A stretch of 64,000 nt of DNA from Corallococcus sp. AB018 (GTDB lineage Bacteria; Myxococcota; Myxococcia; Myxococcales; Myxococcaceae): contig NZ_RAWR01000021.1 of assembly GCF_003986945.1 (NCBI RefSeq), forward strand, positions 1 to 64,000. The letters are read 5' to 3'. Position 1 is the first letter of the stretch. Each line of letters begins with the position of its first letter. A program made the translations under genes and the position numbers. Under the pieces are notes generated by a model that worked only from the letters and a program-made list of their open reading frames with translations, ran no database searches and was not told the DNA's origin. This document shows, in pieces, positions 10,111 to 19,053 of this stretch.

Positions 10111-10338
10111 ATGAAGGCATCGCGACTGAAGCAGACGATTCCTGGATTCGCGCTGATCATCGGCATCATGGCGGGTACGGCCCTGGCCATGGTTCCCGGC
10201 TCCACGGCGGAGACGACCGATAACCAGACGTCCGCGGTCCAGATGATCTGTTCGCGCACCTGCAAGCCGTGCTCGACCCAGATGGAGTGCGGCACGAGCG
10301 GCGGTTCCTGCGGGGTCTGGCGCTGCACCCAGCCGTAA
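10111..10338 (+). CDS. Small secreted cysteine-rich peptide (75 aa precursor; about 45-aa mature region with 6 Cys)
   Basis: GGAGGA ribosome-binding site 6 nt upstream of the ATG. Signal peptide MKASRLKQTIPGFALIIGIMAGTALAMVPGSTA. Mature part ICSRTCKPCSTQMECGTSGGSCGVWRCTQP. Followed by a strong hairpin terminator. Confidence 0.5.
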   Translation: MKASRLKQTIPGFALIIGIMAGTALAMVPGSTAETTDNQTSAVQMICSRTCKPCSTQMECGTSGGSCGVWRCTQP

Positions 10339-10359
10339 ACACCGAAGCTGGCAAAACAA

Positions 10360-10391
10360 AGAGCCTCCGAGTCCCTGGACTCGGAGGCTCT
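10360..10391. terminator. Bidirectional rho-independent terminator (13-bp perfect stem GAGCCTCCGAGTC / GACTCGGAGGCTC)
   Basis: Perfect inverted repeat with 4-nt loop. TCTTCT follows on the + strand and TTTGTTTTG on the - strand. Sits between the convergent small-peptide gene and nadC. Confidence 0.65.
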
Positions 10392-10423
10392 CTTCTACGG
10401 ATTCGTGAAGACCGCTGAACGCT

Positions 10424-11302
10424 TCAGCCCTGCGCGGAGCGGGGCTTGCGCGTGGACTTCTTCGTCGTCGCGATCTCCAGCGACAGGTCCATGGCCCGCG
10501 CAGAGTGCGTCAGCGCGCCCATCGACACGAAGTCCACGCCCAGCTTCGCCAGCCGGGGCAGCCGGTCCAACGTGACGCCGCCCGACACTTCGATGGGCAC
10601 GCGGCTCGCCGTCAGCTTCACCGCTTCGCGGATCTGCGCGTCGTCCATGTTGTCCAACATGATGACGTCCGCGCCCGCGGCGATGGCCTCCTCCAGCTGC
10701 TTGAAGTTGGTGACCTCCACTTCAATCTTCACCAGCCGGGGACCGTTCAGCTTCGCGCGGCGCACCGCTTCGGTGATGTCGCCACCTACCGCCGCGATGT
10801 GGTTGTCCTTGATGAGGATGCCGTCGAAGAGGCCGAACCGGTGGTTGGACGCACCGCCCATGCGCACCGCGTGCTTCGCGAGGCCCCGCATTCCCGGCGG
10901 CGTCTTGCGCGTGTCCAGCACCCGCAGCTTCGAGCCTCGCACGGAGGTCATCGCCTGCTGGGCCAGCGTCGCGATGCCGGCGGCGCGCTGCACCAGGTTG
11001 AGCGCCGTGCGCTCCGCGGCCAGCAGCGAACGCAGCTTGCCGTGGACGCGCGCGGCGACCACCTTCGGTTTGATCTCCTCGCCGTCGCGCTTGAGGACCT
11101 CCACCTCCACCTCCGCGTCCACCATGTGGAAGACGCGGACGAAGGCGTCCAGGCCGGCGACGATCATCTGCTCCTTCGCGACCAGCTCACCGCTGCCCTC
11201 CGCTTCGGCGGGGACCACCGCCAGCGAGGTGACGTCCCCCGCAGCACCCAGGTCCTCGTCGAGGGACAGCGCGATGAGCCGATCGAGATAATCCTGCTGC
11301 AC
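10424..11302 (-). CDS. nadC: Nicotinate-nucleotide pyrophosphorylase (quinolinate phosphoribosyltransferase)
   Basis: Full-length similarity to QPRTase (RKTPPGMRGLAKHAVRMGGASNHRFGLFDGILIKDNH, VSGGVTLD). Confidence 0.9.
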   Translation of the reverse strand: MQQDYLDRLIALSLDEDLGAAGDVTSLAVVPAEAEGSGELVAKEQMIVAGLDAFVRVFHMVDAEVEVEVLKRDGEEIKPKVVAARVHGKLRSLLAAERTALNLVQRAAGIATLAQQAMTSVRGSKLRVLDTRKTPPGMRGLAKHAVRMGGASNHRFGLFDGILIKDNHIAAVGGDITEAVRRAKLNGPRLVKIEVEVTNFKQLEEAIAAGADVIMLDNMDDAQIREAVKLTASRVPIEVSGGVTLDRLPRLAKLGVDFVSMGALTHSARAMDLSLEIATTKKSTRKPRSAQG

Positions 11303-11311
11303 TTCCGCCTC

Positions 11312-14300
11312 CTACCGGCGCGCCTTGCGAGCCGGCTTGCCCCGAGTGGTCTTCTTCGCCGCGGCCTTCTTCGCGGCGGTCTTCTTCCCCGCCGCCTTCT
11401 TCGCCGAAGCCTTCTTCGCAGGAGCCTTCTTCACCGCCGCCTTCTTCGCGGCCGTCTTCTTGCCCGCTGCCTTCTTCGAGGAAGCCTTCTTCGCGGAAGC
11501 CTTCTTCGCAGGGGCCTTCTTCGCGGCGGACTTCTTGCTCGCCGCCTTCTTCGCGGAGGCCTTCTTCACCGCCGCCTTCTTCGCGGAGGCCTTCTTCGCA
11601 GGGGCCTTCTTCACCGCCGCCTTCTTCGCGGAGGCCTTCTTCGTCGGAGCCTTCTTCACTGGCTTCGCCGAACCCTCCGGCGCCTCGCGGGCGTCGCCGC
11701 CCTCCTTGGCCCGGTCGAACTCGCGCATCGCGTCGTCCACGAGGCCCATGCTCATGTACGCGACGCCCAGGTCGTGGTGGTCCGCCGGGGACAGCCCTTC
11801 CTTGGTGCCCTCGCGCAGCTTGTTGAGGGCCTCCTCCACCACCGGATCCGCGGCCTGGGGCGCCTGCGAAGCCTCTTCGGCTTCAATCTCGCCCTTCAGC
11901 TCCTGGCCCAGGTTCACCGCATCGTCCTTCGGTGCCTGCGGCTCGGTGGCCACCTTCACATGGGCGCTCTCGGGCGCGGGGGACTCGGACGCTTCAGGGG
12001 CTTCGGACTCGGTGCTGCCCGGCAACGGCGACGGCGTCTCGGACATGGGGGGCTCCGGGGCGATGCGCTGGAGGTGATCCTGCAGCTTGACCGTGCGCTC
12101 CTGGAGCTCCGCCACCCGGGCCTTGTCCTTCTCCACCACGTCCGGCGGAGCACGGGCCACGAAGTTCGGGTTGTCCAGCTTGCGCTGCAAACCGGTGAGT
12201 TCCTGCTCGGAGCGGACGATCTCCTTCTTCAGGCGGTCGCGCTCCGCGTCCAGGTCCACCAGGCCCGCCAGGGGCACATAGATTTCCAGGTTGCCGCTCA
12301 CGAACGCCGCCGCCTGCGGAGGCTTGGCGCCCGGGGGGCCCACCACCACCTCGGACAAGCCCGCGAGCGGCATCAGGTACGCGCGCCAACGCTCCAACAG
12401 CTCGCGCGTCGTCGCGTCCGGGCTCTGCACCACCGCCTTCACCTTGGCGGACGGCGGCAGGTTGCTCTCGCCGCGCAGCGTGCGCAGGCCCTCGATGGCC
12501 GCGATGACCGGCGCCATCTCGCCTTCCGCGGCCGCGTCCACCCACGCCGTCTCCGGCGCCGGGTACGCCGCGATGCAGATGCTCTCCGTGGGCCGGGACA
12601 TCGGCAGCTTCTGCCAGATCTCCTCGGTGATGAACGGCATGAACGGGTGCATCAGCCGCAGGATGCGGTCCAGGCACGTCACCAGCACCGCGCGCGTGGT
12701 GTCCTTGGCCTCCGCGTCGTCGCCGTACAGCGAGCCCTTCGCCAGCTCGATGTACCAGTCGCAGAACTCCGCCCACAGGAACTGGTACAGCGTGGATGCC
12801 GCCTCCGCGAAGCCGAACGCCTCCAGCGACGCGCGCGTCTCCTCCGTGGCCTTCTGCAGGCGGGAGAGGATCCACCGGTCCGCCAGCGTCAGCTTGCGGC
12901 CCTCGAGCGGCGTCTTGTCCAGGCTGAAGTCGCCCATGTTCATCAGGGCGAACCGGCTGGCGTTCCACAGCTTGTTGCAGAACGCCTTGTAGCCACCCAG
13001 GCGGTCCATCGACAGCTTGATGTCACGGCCCTGCTGCGTGAGCGACGCCAGCGTGAAGCGCAGCGCGTCCGCGCCGTGCGCCGGCATGCCCTGCGGGAAG
13101 CGGTTGCGCAAGGACGGCTGCAGCGACTCCGCCTTCGCGCCGAGGATGACGTCCAGGGGATCGATGACGTTCCCCTTCGTCTTGGACATCTTCTCGCCCT
13201 TCTCGTCGCGCACCATCGCGTGCAGGTACACGGTGCGGAAGGGCACATCGTTCATGAAGTGCAGGCCCATCATCATCATCCGGGCGACCCAGAAGAAGAT
13301 GATGTCGTGGCCCGTCTCCATCACGGACGTCGGGTAGAAGGTCTGGAGGTCCGCCGTCTGCTTCGGCCAGCCCAGCGTGGAGAACGGCCACAGCGCGGAC
13401 GAGAACCAGGTGTCCAGCACGTCCGGATCCTGCGTCAGCTCCTTGCCGCCGCACTTCGGGCAGGACTCCGGCGCCGTGCGAGACACGATGACGTCCGCCG
13501 TGTCCTTGGAGCGCTCCTCCGCCGGGGTGCACGCCGCGCAGTACCACGCGGGGATCTGGTGGCCCCACCACAGCTGGCGGCTCACGCACCAGTCGTGGAT
13601 GTTGTTCATCCAGTGGAAGTACGTGTTCGTCCACGACTCGGGGACGAACTTCGTGCGGCCCTCCTCCACGGCCTGGATGGCCGGCTTCGCCAGCGGTTCG
13701 ATCTTGATGAACCACTGCGGCGACAGGCGCGGCTCCACCACCGTGGTGCAGCGCTGGCAGGTGCCCACGTTCAGCTTGTGCGGCTCCTCCTTCTCCAGCA
13801 GGCCCAGCTCCGTCAGGTCCGCCAGCACCTGCTTGCGCGCCTCCCGGCTCTCCAGGCCCGCGTACTTGCCGGTGTCCTTCGTCATCCGCGCCGCTTCGTC
13901 CAGGATGGACAGCATCGGCAGCTTGTGGCGCAGGCCCGTCTGGTAGTCGTTGAAGTCGTGCGCGGGCGTGACCTTCACCACGCCGGTGCCGAACTCCATG
14001 TTCACCAGCTCGCCGTCCGCGATGACCGGAATCTCACGGTCGGTGAGCGGCAGCGCCACGCTCTTGCCGATGAGGTCCTGGTAGCGCGGATCCTCCGGGT
14101 GCACGGCGACGGCCGTGTCGCCCAGCAGCGTCTCCGGGCGCGTCGTCGCCACGGTGAGGAAGCGCTCCGTGCCCTTCACCGGATAGCGGATGTGCCAGAG
14201 CGAGCCGTTCTTCTCCTCGTGCTCCACTTCCAGGTCGGAGAGGGCCGTGCGGCAGGACGGGCACCAGTTGATCAGCTTCTGGGCCCGGTACATCAGGCCC

Positions 14301-14806
14301 TCTTCGTACAGCCGGACGAACACCTCGCGCACCGCGGCCGAGGACTGCTCGTCCATGGTGAAGCGCTCACGGCTCCAGTCCAGGGACGCGCCCAGGTAGC
14401 GGTGCTGCTCACCGATGCGCGCGCCGAACTTGCCCTTCCACGTCCAGACGCGCTCGAGGAACGCCTCGCGGCCCAGGTCGTGGCGGCTCTTGCCCTCCGT
14501 CTTCTTCAGCTCCTTCTCCACCACCATCTGCGTGGCGATGCCCGCGTGGTCCGTACCCGGCAGCCAGAGCGCGTTGAAGCCGCTCATCCGCTTCCAGCGC
14601 GTGAGGATGTCCTGGATGGTCGCGGTGAGCGCGTGGCCGATGTGCAGGCTGCCCGTCACGTTGGGCGGCGGCAGCACGATGCTGAACGGCGGCTTGGAGG
14701 AAGGGGCTTCGGCGCGGAAGTAGTCGCGCTCCAGCCAGTGGTTGTACCACCGCGCCTCCACTTCGGAGGGCTCGTAGGCCTTGGACAGTTCAGTCGTGTC
14801 AGTCAT
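11312..14806 (-). CDS. valS: Valine--tRNA ligase with unusual C-terminal extension of about 260 aa (acidic/Ser-rich segment plus Lys/Ala-rich histone H1-like tail)
   Basis: HIGH motif ([14 protein letters not shown]), KMSKT motif (KMSKTKGN), and anticodon-binding and coiled-coil domains typical of ValRS. Tail composed of AKKA/SAKKA repeats. Confidence 0.95.
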   Translation of the reverse strand: MTDTTELSKAYEPSEVEARWYNHWLERDYFRAEAPSSKPPFSIVLPPPNVTGSLHIGHALTATIQDILTRWKRMSGFNALWLPGTDHAGIATQMVVEKELKKTEGKSRHDLGREAFLERVWTWKGKFGARIGEQHRYLGASLDWSRERFTMDEQSSAAVREVFVRLYEEGLMYRAQKLINWCPSCRTALSDLEVEHEEKNGSLWHIRYPVKGTERFLTVATTRPETLLGDTAVAVHPEDPRYQDLIGKSVALPLTDREIPVIADGELVNMEFGTGVVKVTPAHDFNDYQTGLRHKLPMLSILDEAARMTKDTGKYAGLESREARKQVLADLTELGLLEKEEPHKLNVGTCQRCTTVVEPRLSPQWFIKIEPLAKPAIQAVEEGRTKFVPESWTNTYFHWMNNIHDWCVSRQLWWGHQIPAWYCAACTPAEERSKDTADVIVSRTAPESCPKCGGKELTQDPDVLDTWFSSALWPFSTLGWPKQTADLQTFYPTSVMETGHDIIFFWVARMMMMGLHFMNDVPFRTVYLHAMVRDEKGEKMSKTKGNVIDPLDVILGAKAESLQPSLRNRFPQGMPAHGADALRFTLASLTQQGRDIKLSMDRLGGYKAFCNKLWNASRFALMNMGDFSLDKTPLEGRKLTLADRWILSRLQKATEETRASLEAFGFAEAASTLYQFLWAEFCDWYIELAKGSLYGDDAEAKDTTRAVLVTCLDRILRLMHPFMPFITEEIWQKLPMSRPTESICIAAYPAPETAWVDAAAEGEMAPVIAAIEGLRTLRGESNLPPSAKVKAVVQSPDATTRELLERWRAYLMPLAGLSEVVVGPPGAKPPQAAAFVSGNLEIYVPLAGLVDLDAERDRLKKEIVRSEQELTGLQRKLDNPNFVARAPPDVVEKDKARVAELQERTVKLQDHLQRIAPEPPMSETPSPLPGSTESEAPEASESPAPESAHVKVATEPQAPKDDAVNLGQELKGEIEAEEASQAPQAADPVVEEALNKLREGTKEGLSPADHHDLGVAYMSMGLVDDAMREFDRAKEGGDAREAPEGSAKPVKKAPTKKASAKKAAVKKAPAKKASAKKAAVKKASAKKAASKKSAAKKAPAKKASAKKASSKKAAGKKTAAKKAAVKKAPAKKASAKKAAGKKTAAKKAAAKKTTRGKPARKARR
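11325..11660. repeat. Imperfect tandem nucleotide repeats (GCC-TTC-TTC-GCG type) encoding the Lys/Ala-rich ValRS tail
   Basis: Visible periodic gccgccttcttcgc(g/c)ga units over about 330 bp. Confidence 0.6.
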
Positions 14807-14859
14807 TGCAAGCGGCCGGCCCCCGACGGGGCCGGCGGGGAATCAGAGGGGACTGCGAA

Positions 14860-16122
14860 TCAATGCTGGGTCTCGCGGTCCTTGATGAGCCGCTCCAGCT
14901 CTTCCCGGATGATGGTCTCCGCCAGCTGCGGAACGACCTCCCAGGCAATCTTCTCGATGACCTCGCGGGACGCCTTCGACAGCGCCTCGCGCAGCAGCGC
15001 CTCTCCGCCATCCGCGGCCGGACGGGCGCGCGCGGGCGGAGTCGCCGGCGAGGGACCGCCGATGTCCAGGGAGATCTCCTCCGCGCCGCTGGGCTCGGGC
15101 AGCGAGTCCTCGATGCGGATGCTCTCCGTGCGGGCCTGCGCGGCGGGAGGGGCGGCCGGAGCACCCAGCCCGAACGGATCCCGGGCACGGGCGGCCGGAG
15201 GCACCGCGGCGGGCGGGGGCGCGGACGGCAGCGGCGCGGCGCCCGGAGGACGCGGGAAGCCGCCCGGGATGTTCGGGGCGCCAGGGCCCGGAGGACGCGC
15301 GGCCATGCCCGGAGGCGGCGCACCCGGCGGACGCGCGCCCGGAGGCACGGCACCCGGAGGAGGACGCGCACCCGGCGGCATGGCGCCCGGAGGCGGCGCA
15401 CCCGGAGGACGCGCGCCCATGCCCGGAGGCGGCGCACCCGGCGGAGGACGTGCACCCGGCGGCATGGCGCCCGGAGGCGGCGCACCCGGAGGACGCGCGC
15501 CCGGAGGAACAGCGCCCGGCAGCGGACGCGCCGCACCCGGAGGAGGAGGCACACCGGCGCCCGGAGGACGCGCGCCCGGAGGCGGCGCACCCGGCGGAGG
15601 ACGCGCACCCGGCGGCATGGCGCCCGGAGGCGGCGCACCCGCGGGACGCGCACCCGGCGGCACGGCGGCGGCGGGCGGCGCGCTGACCGGAGCGCTCGGG
15701 GCGGAGGTCTGGGGCAGAATGCGCGTCGCGGCGGACGCGGGCATCGTGTTGGACTTCTGGCCCACCAGCGCCTTCACCTTGTCGAGGAGGATCTGGCTCT
15801 CGAAGGGCTTGGTGATGTGGTCATCCGCCCGGGCGGCCTTCGCGCGGTTCTCGTCGAACGCCTCGAAGGTGCCGGCGAGCAGCAGCACCGGGATGGCCTG
15901 CGTGGAGGGGTCGCCCTTGAGCGCCTCGCAGACCTCGTAGCCGCTCTTGCCCGGCATCATCACGTCGGCGAGCACCACGTCCGGACGCAGCTCGCGCGTG
16001 CGGGAGATGGCGTCCAGCCCGTTGTCCACCGCGGTCACCTGGAAGTCTTCCGTCGCGAAGATCATCCCGATCACCTTGCGGATGGTGAGCGAGTCGTCGG
16101 CGATCAGTAGATTCTTGGGCAT
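14860..16122 (-). CDS. romR: Response regulator with receiver domain, long Pro-rich repeat linker and Glu-rich C-terminal helix (RomR-like polarity regulator)
   Basis: REC domain (LLIADDSLTIRKVIG...DVVLADVMMPGKSGYEV...TKPF). About 12 copies of PPGARPPGAPPPGAM. C-terminal EALLREALSKASREVIEKIAWEVVPQLAETIIREELERLIKDRE. This architecture matches M. xanthus RomR. The start was chosen at the Met immediately preceding the REC domain (MPKNLLIADDS). Confidence 0.65.
   Translation of the reverse strand: MPKNLLIADDSLTIRKVIGMIFATEDFQVTAVDNGLDAISRTRELRPDVVLADVMMPGKSGYEVCEALKGDPSTQAIPVLLLAGTFEAFDENRAKAARADDHITKPFESQILLDKVKALVGQKSNTMPASAATRILPQTSAPSAPVSAPPAAAVPPGARPAGAPPPGAMPPGARPPPGAPPPGARPPGAGVPPPPGAARPLPGAVPPGARPPGAPPPGAMPPGARPPPGAPPPGMGARPPGAPPPGAMPPGARPPPGAVPPGARPPGAPPPGMAARPPGPGAPNIPGGFPRPPGAAPLPSAPPPAAVPPAARARDPFGLGAPAAPPAAQARTESIRIEDSLPEPSGAEEISLDIGGPSPATPPARARPAADGGEALLREALSKASREVIEKIAWEVVPQLAETIIREELERLIKDRETQH
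15230..15700. repeat. Tandem about 45-48-bp nucleotide repeats encoding the Pro/Gly/Ala-rich linker
   Basis: Repeated cccggaggcggcgcacccggcggaggacgcgcacccggcggcatggcg units. Confidence 0.7.
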
Positions 16123-16239
16123 CGGCTCCGGCCTCGGGGGGCGCATACCCCCCTGAATTCGTTTGAGATTTCGGGCGAGCAAGCCTGCCTGCACGCCCTG
16201 TGTCAATCGGAGAAGCTTAGGATTCGCGCGTTGGGCCGA

Positions 16240-17148
16240 TCAAGAAAACATGCGCTGCAGGTCCAGTAACATCACCGGATCCGGCAGCCCCGGCGCCCGG
16301 AACGTTCCGGGAAGCTCGGCCGGCTTGAACTTCTGCAGCACACCCAGCACCCGGGTGGCCGCCAGCCCTACGTTCCGCCCCGCCAGTTCCGTGAGGACGA
16401 ACAGCTCCTCCGCCTGGGCCGGCGCACCCAGCAGCGCTGGAATCGAACAGATGGGCCATAGCGCCTGCGCGTGGGGATAGACGCCCGCCACCGGCCCGCT
16501 CTGCACCGGGAGCACGCTGAACGCCTCGCCCCGGGGTACCACCTGGGAGACGCAACCCAGCGGGACGCCGAACAGCACCCCCTGGGACTCCAGCACCAGC
16601 GCCCGCTCCGGGGGCGCGTCCGCATAGTGCACGGGCCGGGGCTCTGGCGGGGTCGCCCGGGGGCCCGCCCGGTGCGGCAGCGCTTCCACGATGAGCTCCA
16701 GGTACAGCCGGTCCTTGTGCAGCACCGCGCCCCGGCTCAGCGGCGCCAGCGAGTCCGCCAGGCCCGGAGGCAGCAGGAAGAACGGGTCCCTCGCGACGTC
16801 CGCGACCTCCACCACGGCGCGCACCCGCACCGCGAGCGTGGGGCTGACGTCCAGGACCACCACCATGCCCGGCACTTCCTCAGGCAGGCCGCCGAGCAGC
16901 GCGGCGAGGTCCTTCACTTCCAGTACGCCGCGCAGACTCGCGCCGCGAGCGCCCGGCATCGCGACCTCGATGACGGAGGTGGCCTCCACCGCGTAGCGCG
17001 TCTCTCCGGCCTCCACCAGCAGGCAGAGCCGCCGTCCGCTTTCAAAGGGCACGGCCCGGGACCCTAGCAGCCTTCCAGCGTTGGGTGCTAAGCCCTGAAC
17101 AGTCATGGCGCGACTGCTCCTCGTCGACGACGAAAAGATCGCCCGCAA
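16240..17148 (-). CDS. CheW-like coupling protein with two CheW-like domains
   Basis: Two segments with CheW-like signatures (RRLCLLVEAGETRYAVEATSVIEV and ALVLESQGVLFGVPLGCVSQVV). The alternative start at 17106 overlaps the start codon of the divergent gene. Confidence 0.65.
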   Translation of the reverse strand: MRAIFSSSTRSSRAMTVQGLAPNAGRLLGSRAVPFESGRRLCLLVEAGETRYAVEATSVIEVAMPGARGASLRGVLEVKDLAALLGGLPEEVPGMVVVLDVSPTLAVRVRAVVEVADVARDPFFLLPPGLADSLAPLSRGAVLHKDRLYLELIVEALPHRAGPRATPPEPRPVHYADAPPERALVLESQGVLFGVPLGCVSQVVPRGEAFSVLPVQSGPVAGVYPHAQALWPICSIPALLGAPAQAEELFVLTELAGRNVGLAATRVLGVLQKFKPAELPGTFRAPGLPDPVMLLDLQRMFS

Positions 17149-18493
17149 TCTCTACGGCGACTACCTCACGGCCGCGGGACACCTGGTCACGGCGGTGCCC
17201 ACCGTGGCGGACGCGAAGGCAGCCCTCTCCGCGGCGCGGTTCGACGCGGTGGTGACGGACCTCATCCTCCCCGGCGGCGACGGCATGGAGGTGCTTCGCC
17301 ACGTGCGCGAGCGCTACCCCGGCGTGGAGGTGCTGGTCATCACCGGCCTGGACAAGGTGGCCCCCGCGGTGCGCGCCATCAAGAGCGGCGCGGCGGAGTA
17401 CCTGGTCAAGCCCGTGGCGCCGGAGGCCCTGGAGCACGCGCTGCGCCGCGCGCTCACCACGCGCGACCTGATGCGTGAGAACGCGTCCCTGCGCCAGCAC
17501 GTCGCGCTGCTGGAGGCGGGCCAGCGCATCGCCACCACGCTCGACCGCGAGCGGCTGTCCACGGCCGCGTCCGACGCGCTGGAGTCCATGGCCAACGCCT
17601 CCGCGGTGATGCTCCTGGAGCGGGACCCCGGCGGCACGGGCTTCCGCTCGCACGGCATGCGCGGGCTGCCGGTGGACCTGCACGAGGCGCTCGTCCCGCT
17701 GCTCATCGAGCGGCTTTCGGGCACGCGCACGCAGGTGGAGCTCGACGGACTTCAAGTTCCCTGGCCGCGCACCCTCTCCTTCCCCGCCGTGGACGGCGAG
17801 CTGGTGCTGGGCCACGCGGTGCTCTTCCACGACAACGCGCCCGCGGAGCACCACGCGGAGACCGTGGGCTTCCTCGTGCGCAACTGGGCGCTGGCCCTGC
17901 GCAACCTGGGCCGCTTCGCCGCCGTGGAGGACCTGGCCTACGTCGATGACCTCACCCGCCTGTTCAACACGCGCTACCTGCACCTGGTGCTGGACCGCGA
18001 GGTGAACGAGGCCCTGCAGACGGAGCGCCCCTTCTCCCTGCTGTTCCTGGACCTGGACCGCTTCAAGGCCATCAACGACACGCACGGGCACCTGGTGGGC
18101 TCGCGGGTGCTGGTGGAGGCCGCGCGCGTGCTCAAGGGCTGCGTGCGCGACCCGGACGTGGTGGCGCGCTTCGGCGGCGACGAGTACGTGGTGCTCCTGC
18201 GCGGCACGGACTCCGGCGGGGCCCTCAAGGTCGCCGAGCGCATCCGCCGCACCATGGAGACCCATCAGTTCCTGGGCCGCGAGGGGCTGGCGCTCAAGCT
18301 CACCACCTGCATCGGCGTGGCCAGCTTCCCGGAGCACGCCCAGGACAAGGACCACCTGCTGGACCTGTCCGACCGGGCCATGTACCGGGGCAAGCGCGGC
18401 ACCCGGAACGTCGTCTACATGGCGGCGCAGGACCTGGAAGCCACCCCGGCCGAGCGCCGTCAGAATCCCCCGCCCCCGCAGGGCCAGGGCTGA
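17105..18493 (+). CDS. Response regulator receiver / GAF-like / GGDEF diguanylate cyclase (GGDEY variant with RxxD I-site)
   Basis: REC (RLLLVDDEKIARNLY...DAVVTDLILPGGDGMEV...KPV). GGDEF domain (LFLDLDRFKAINDTHGH...VRDPDVVARFGGDEYVVLL). Confidence 0.85.
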   Translation: MARLLLVDDEKIARNLYGDYLTAAGHLVTAVPTVADAKAALSAARFDAVVTDLILPGGDGMEVLRHVRERYPGVEVLVITGLDKVAPAVRAIKSGAAEYLVKPVAPEALEHALRRALTTRDLMRENASLRQHVALLEAGQRIATTLDRERLSTAASDALESMANASAVMLLERDPGGTGFRSHGMRGLPVDLHEALVPLLIERLSGTRTQVELDGLQVPWPRTLSFPAVDGELVLGHAVLFHDNAPAEHHAETVGFLVRNWALALRNLGRFAAVEDLAYVDDLTRLFNTRYLHLVLDREVNEALQTERPFSLLFLDLDRFKAINDTHGHLVGSRVLVEAARVLKGCVRDPDVVARFGGDEYVVLLRGTDSGGALKVAERIRRTMETHQFLGREGLALKLTTCIGVASFPEHAQDKDHLLDLSDRAMYRGKRGTRNVVYMAAQDLEATPAERRQNPPPPQGQG

Positions 18494-18507
18494 ACGCCGG
18501 ACGCGCG

Positions 18508-18897
18508 CTACTTGCGCAGGCTGCCCACGGTGAGGTGCTTGGGCAGCTCCACTTCCGCGGGCACGCCGCCGCCGCCCTCGCCCACCGCCTCCACCTCTTC
18601 GTGGGACGCGCCGGTGGTGATGAGGCGGTACTTCTGCGACGCCTCGCGGTCGTGCTGGGCCTGCTCCGGATCCAACCGCGCGATGAGCTGCCAGAAGAGG
18701 GCCGCGTGCTCGCGCTCCTCGTCCATGACGTGCCGCAGGATGGCCTTCGCCTCCTCATTGTCCGTCGCGTCCAGGTGCGCGGCGTAGAGGTTGATGGCGT
18801 CCAGCTCCGCCTCGATGTTGAGCCGGATGGAGCGGGCCAGTTCGGAGTCCGTCAGCTTCCGGGGCACCAGCGAGTGGAACGGGTTCGTCTGCGGCAT
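18508..18897 (-). CDS. encC: Ferritin-like (rubrerythrin-type) encapsulin cargo protein with C-terminal targeting peptide (EncC-like)
   Basis: Four-helix ferritin-like signature (EAELDAINLYAAHLD...AILRHVMDEEREHAALFWQL). C-terminus PAEVELPKHLTVGSLRK contains the GSL-type encapsulin targeting motif. GAGG ribosome-binding site before the ATG at 18897. Confidence 0.7.
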   Translation of the reverse strand: MPQTNPFHSLVPRKLTDSELARSIRLNIEAELDAINLYAAHLDATDNEEAKAILRHVMDEEREHAALFWQLIARLDPEQAQHDREASQKYRLITTGASHEEVEAVGEGGGGVPAEVELPKHLTVGSLRK

Positions 18898-19053
18898 GAG
18901 GACCTCAGCGACAGGGAGAGTCCCCAACAGGCGAGCGGGCAACGACGTTCCGTCAGGCCGGGCTGGAGGACGTGCGCGAGCATCCGTTCGGTCGCGAGCG
19001 CGGTCAACCGAATCCCGCTGGGGGTGCGTTGCGCGTGAACACCTGCCTCCGCC

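Noticed and set aside
14815-14845. GC-rich hairpin (GCCGGCCCC / GGGGCCGGC) between romR-like stop and valS start
   Set aside because: No U-tract on the transcribed (minus) strand, so not called as a terminator. Could be an RNA processing structure, but that is unsupported.
10505-15940. 1811-aa plus-strand ORF spanning the whole nadC-valS-romR region
   Set aside because: Antisense to three genes with unmistakable domain content. The translation is Arg/Leu/Gly-rich low-complexity with no motifs. This is the typical third-position-GC artefact of about 70% GC DNA.
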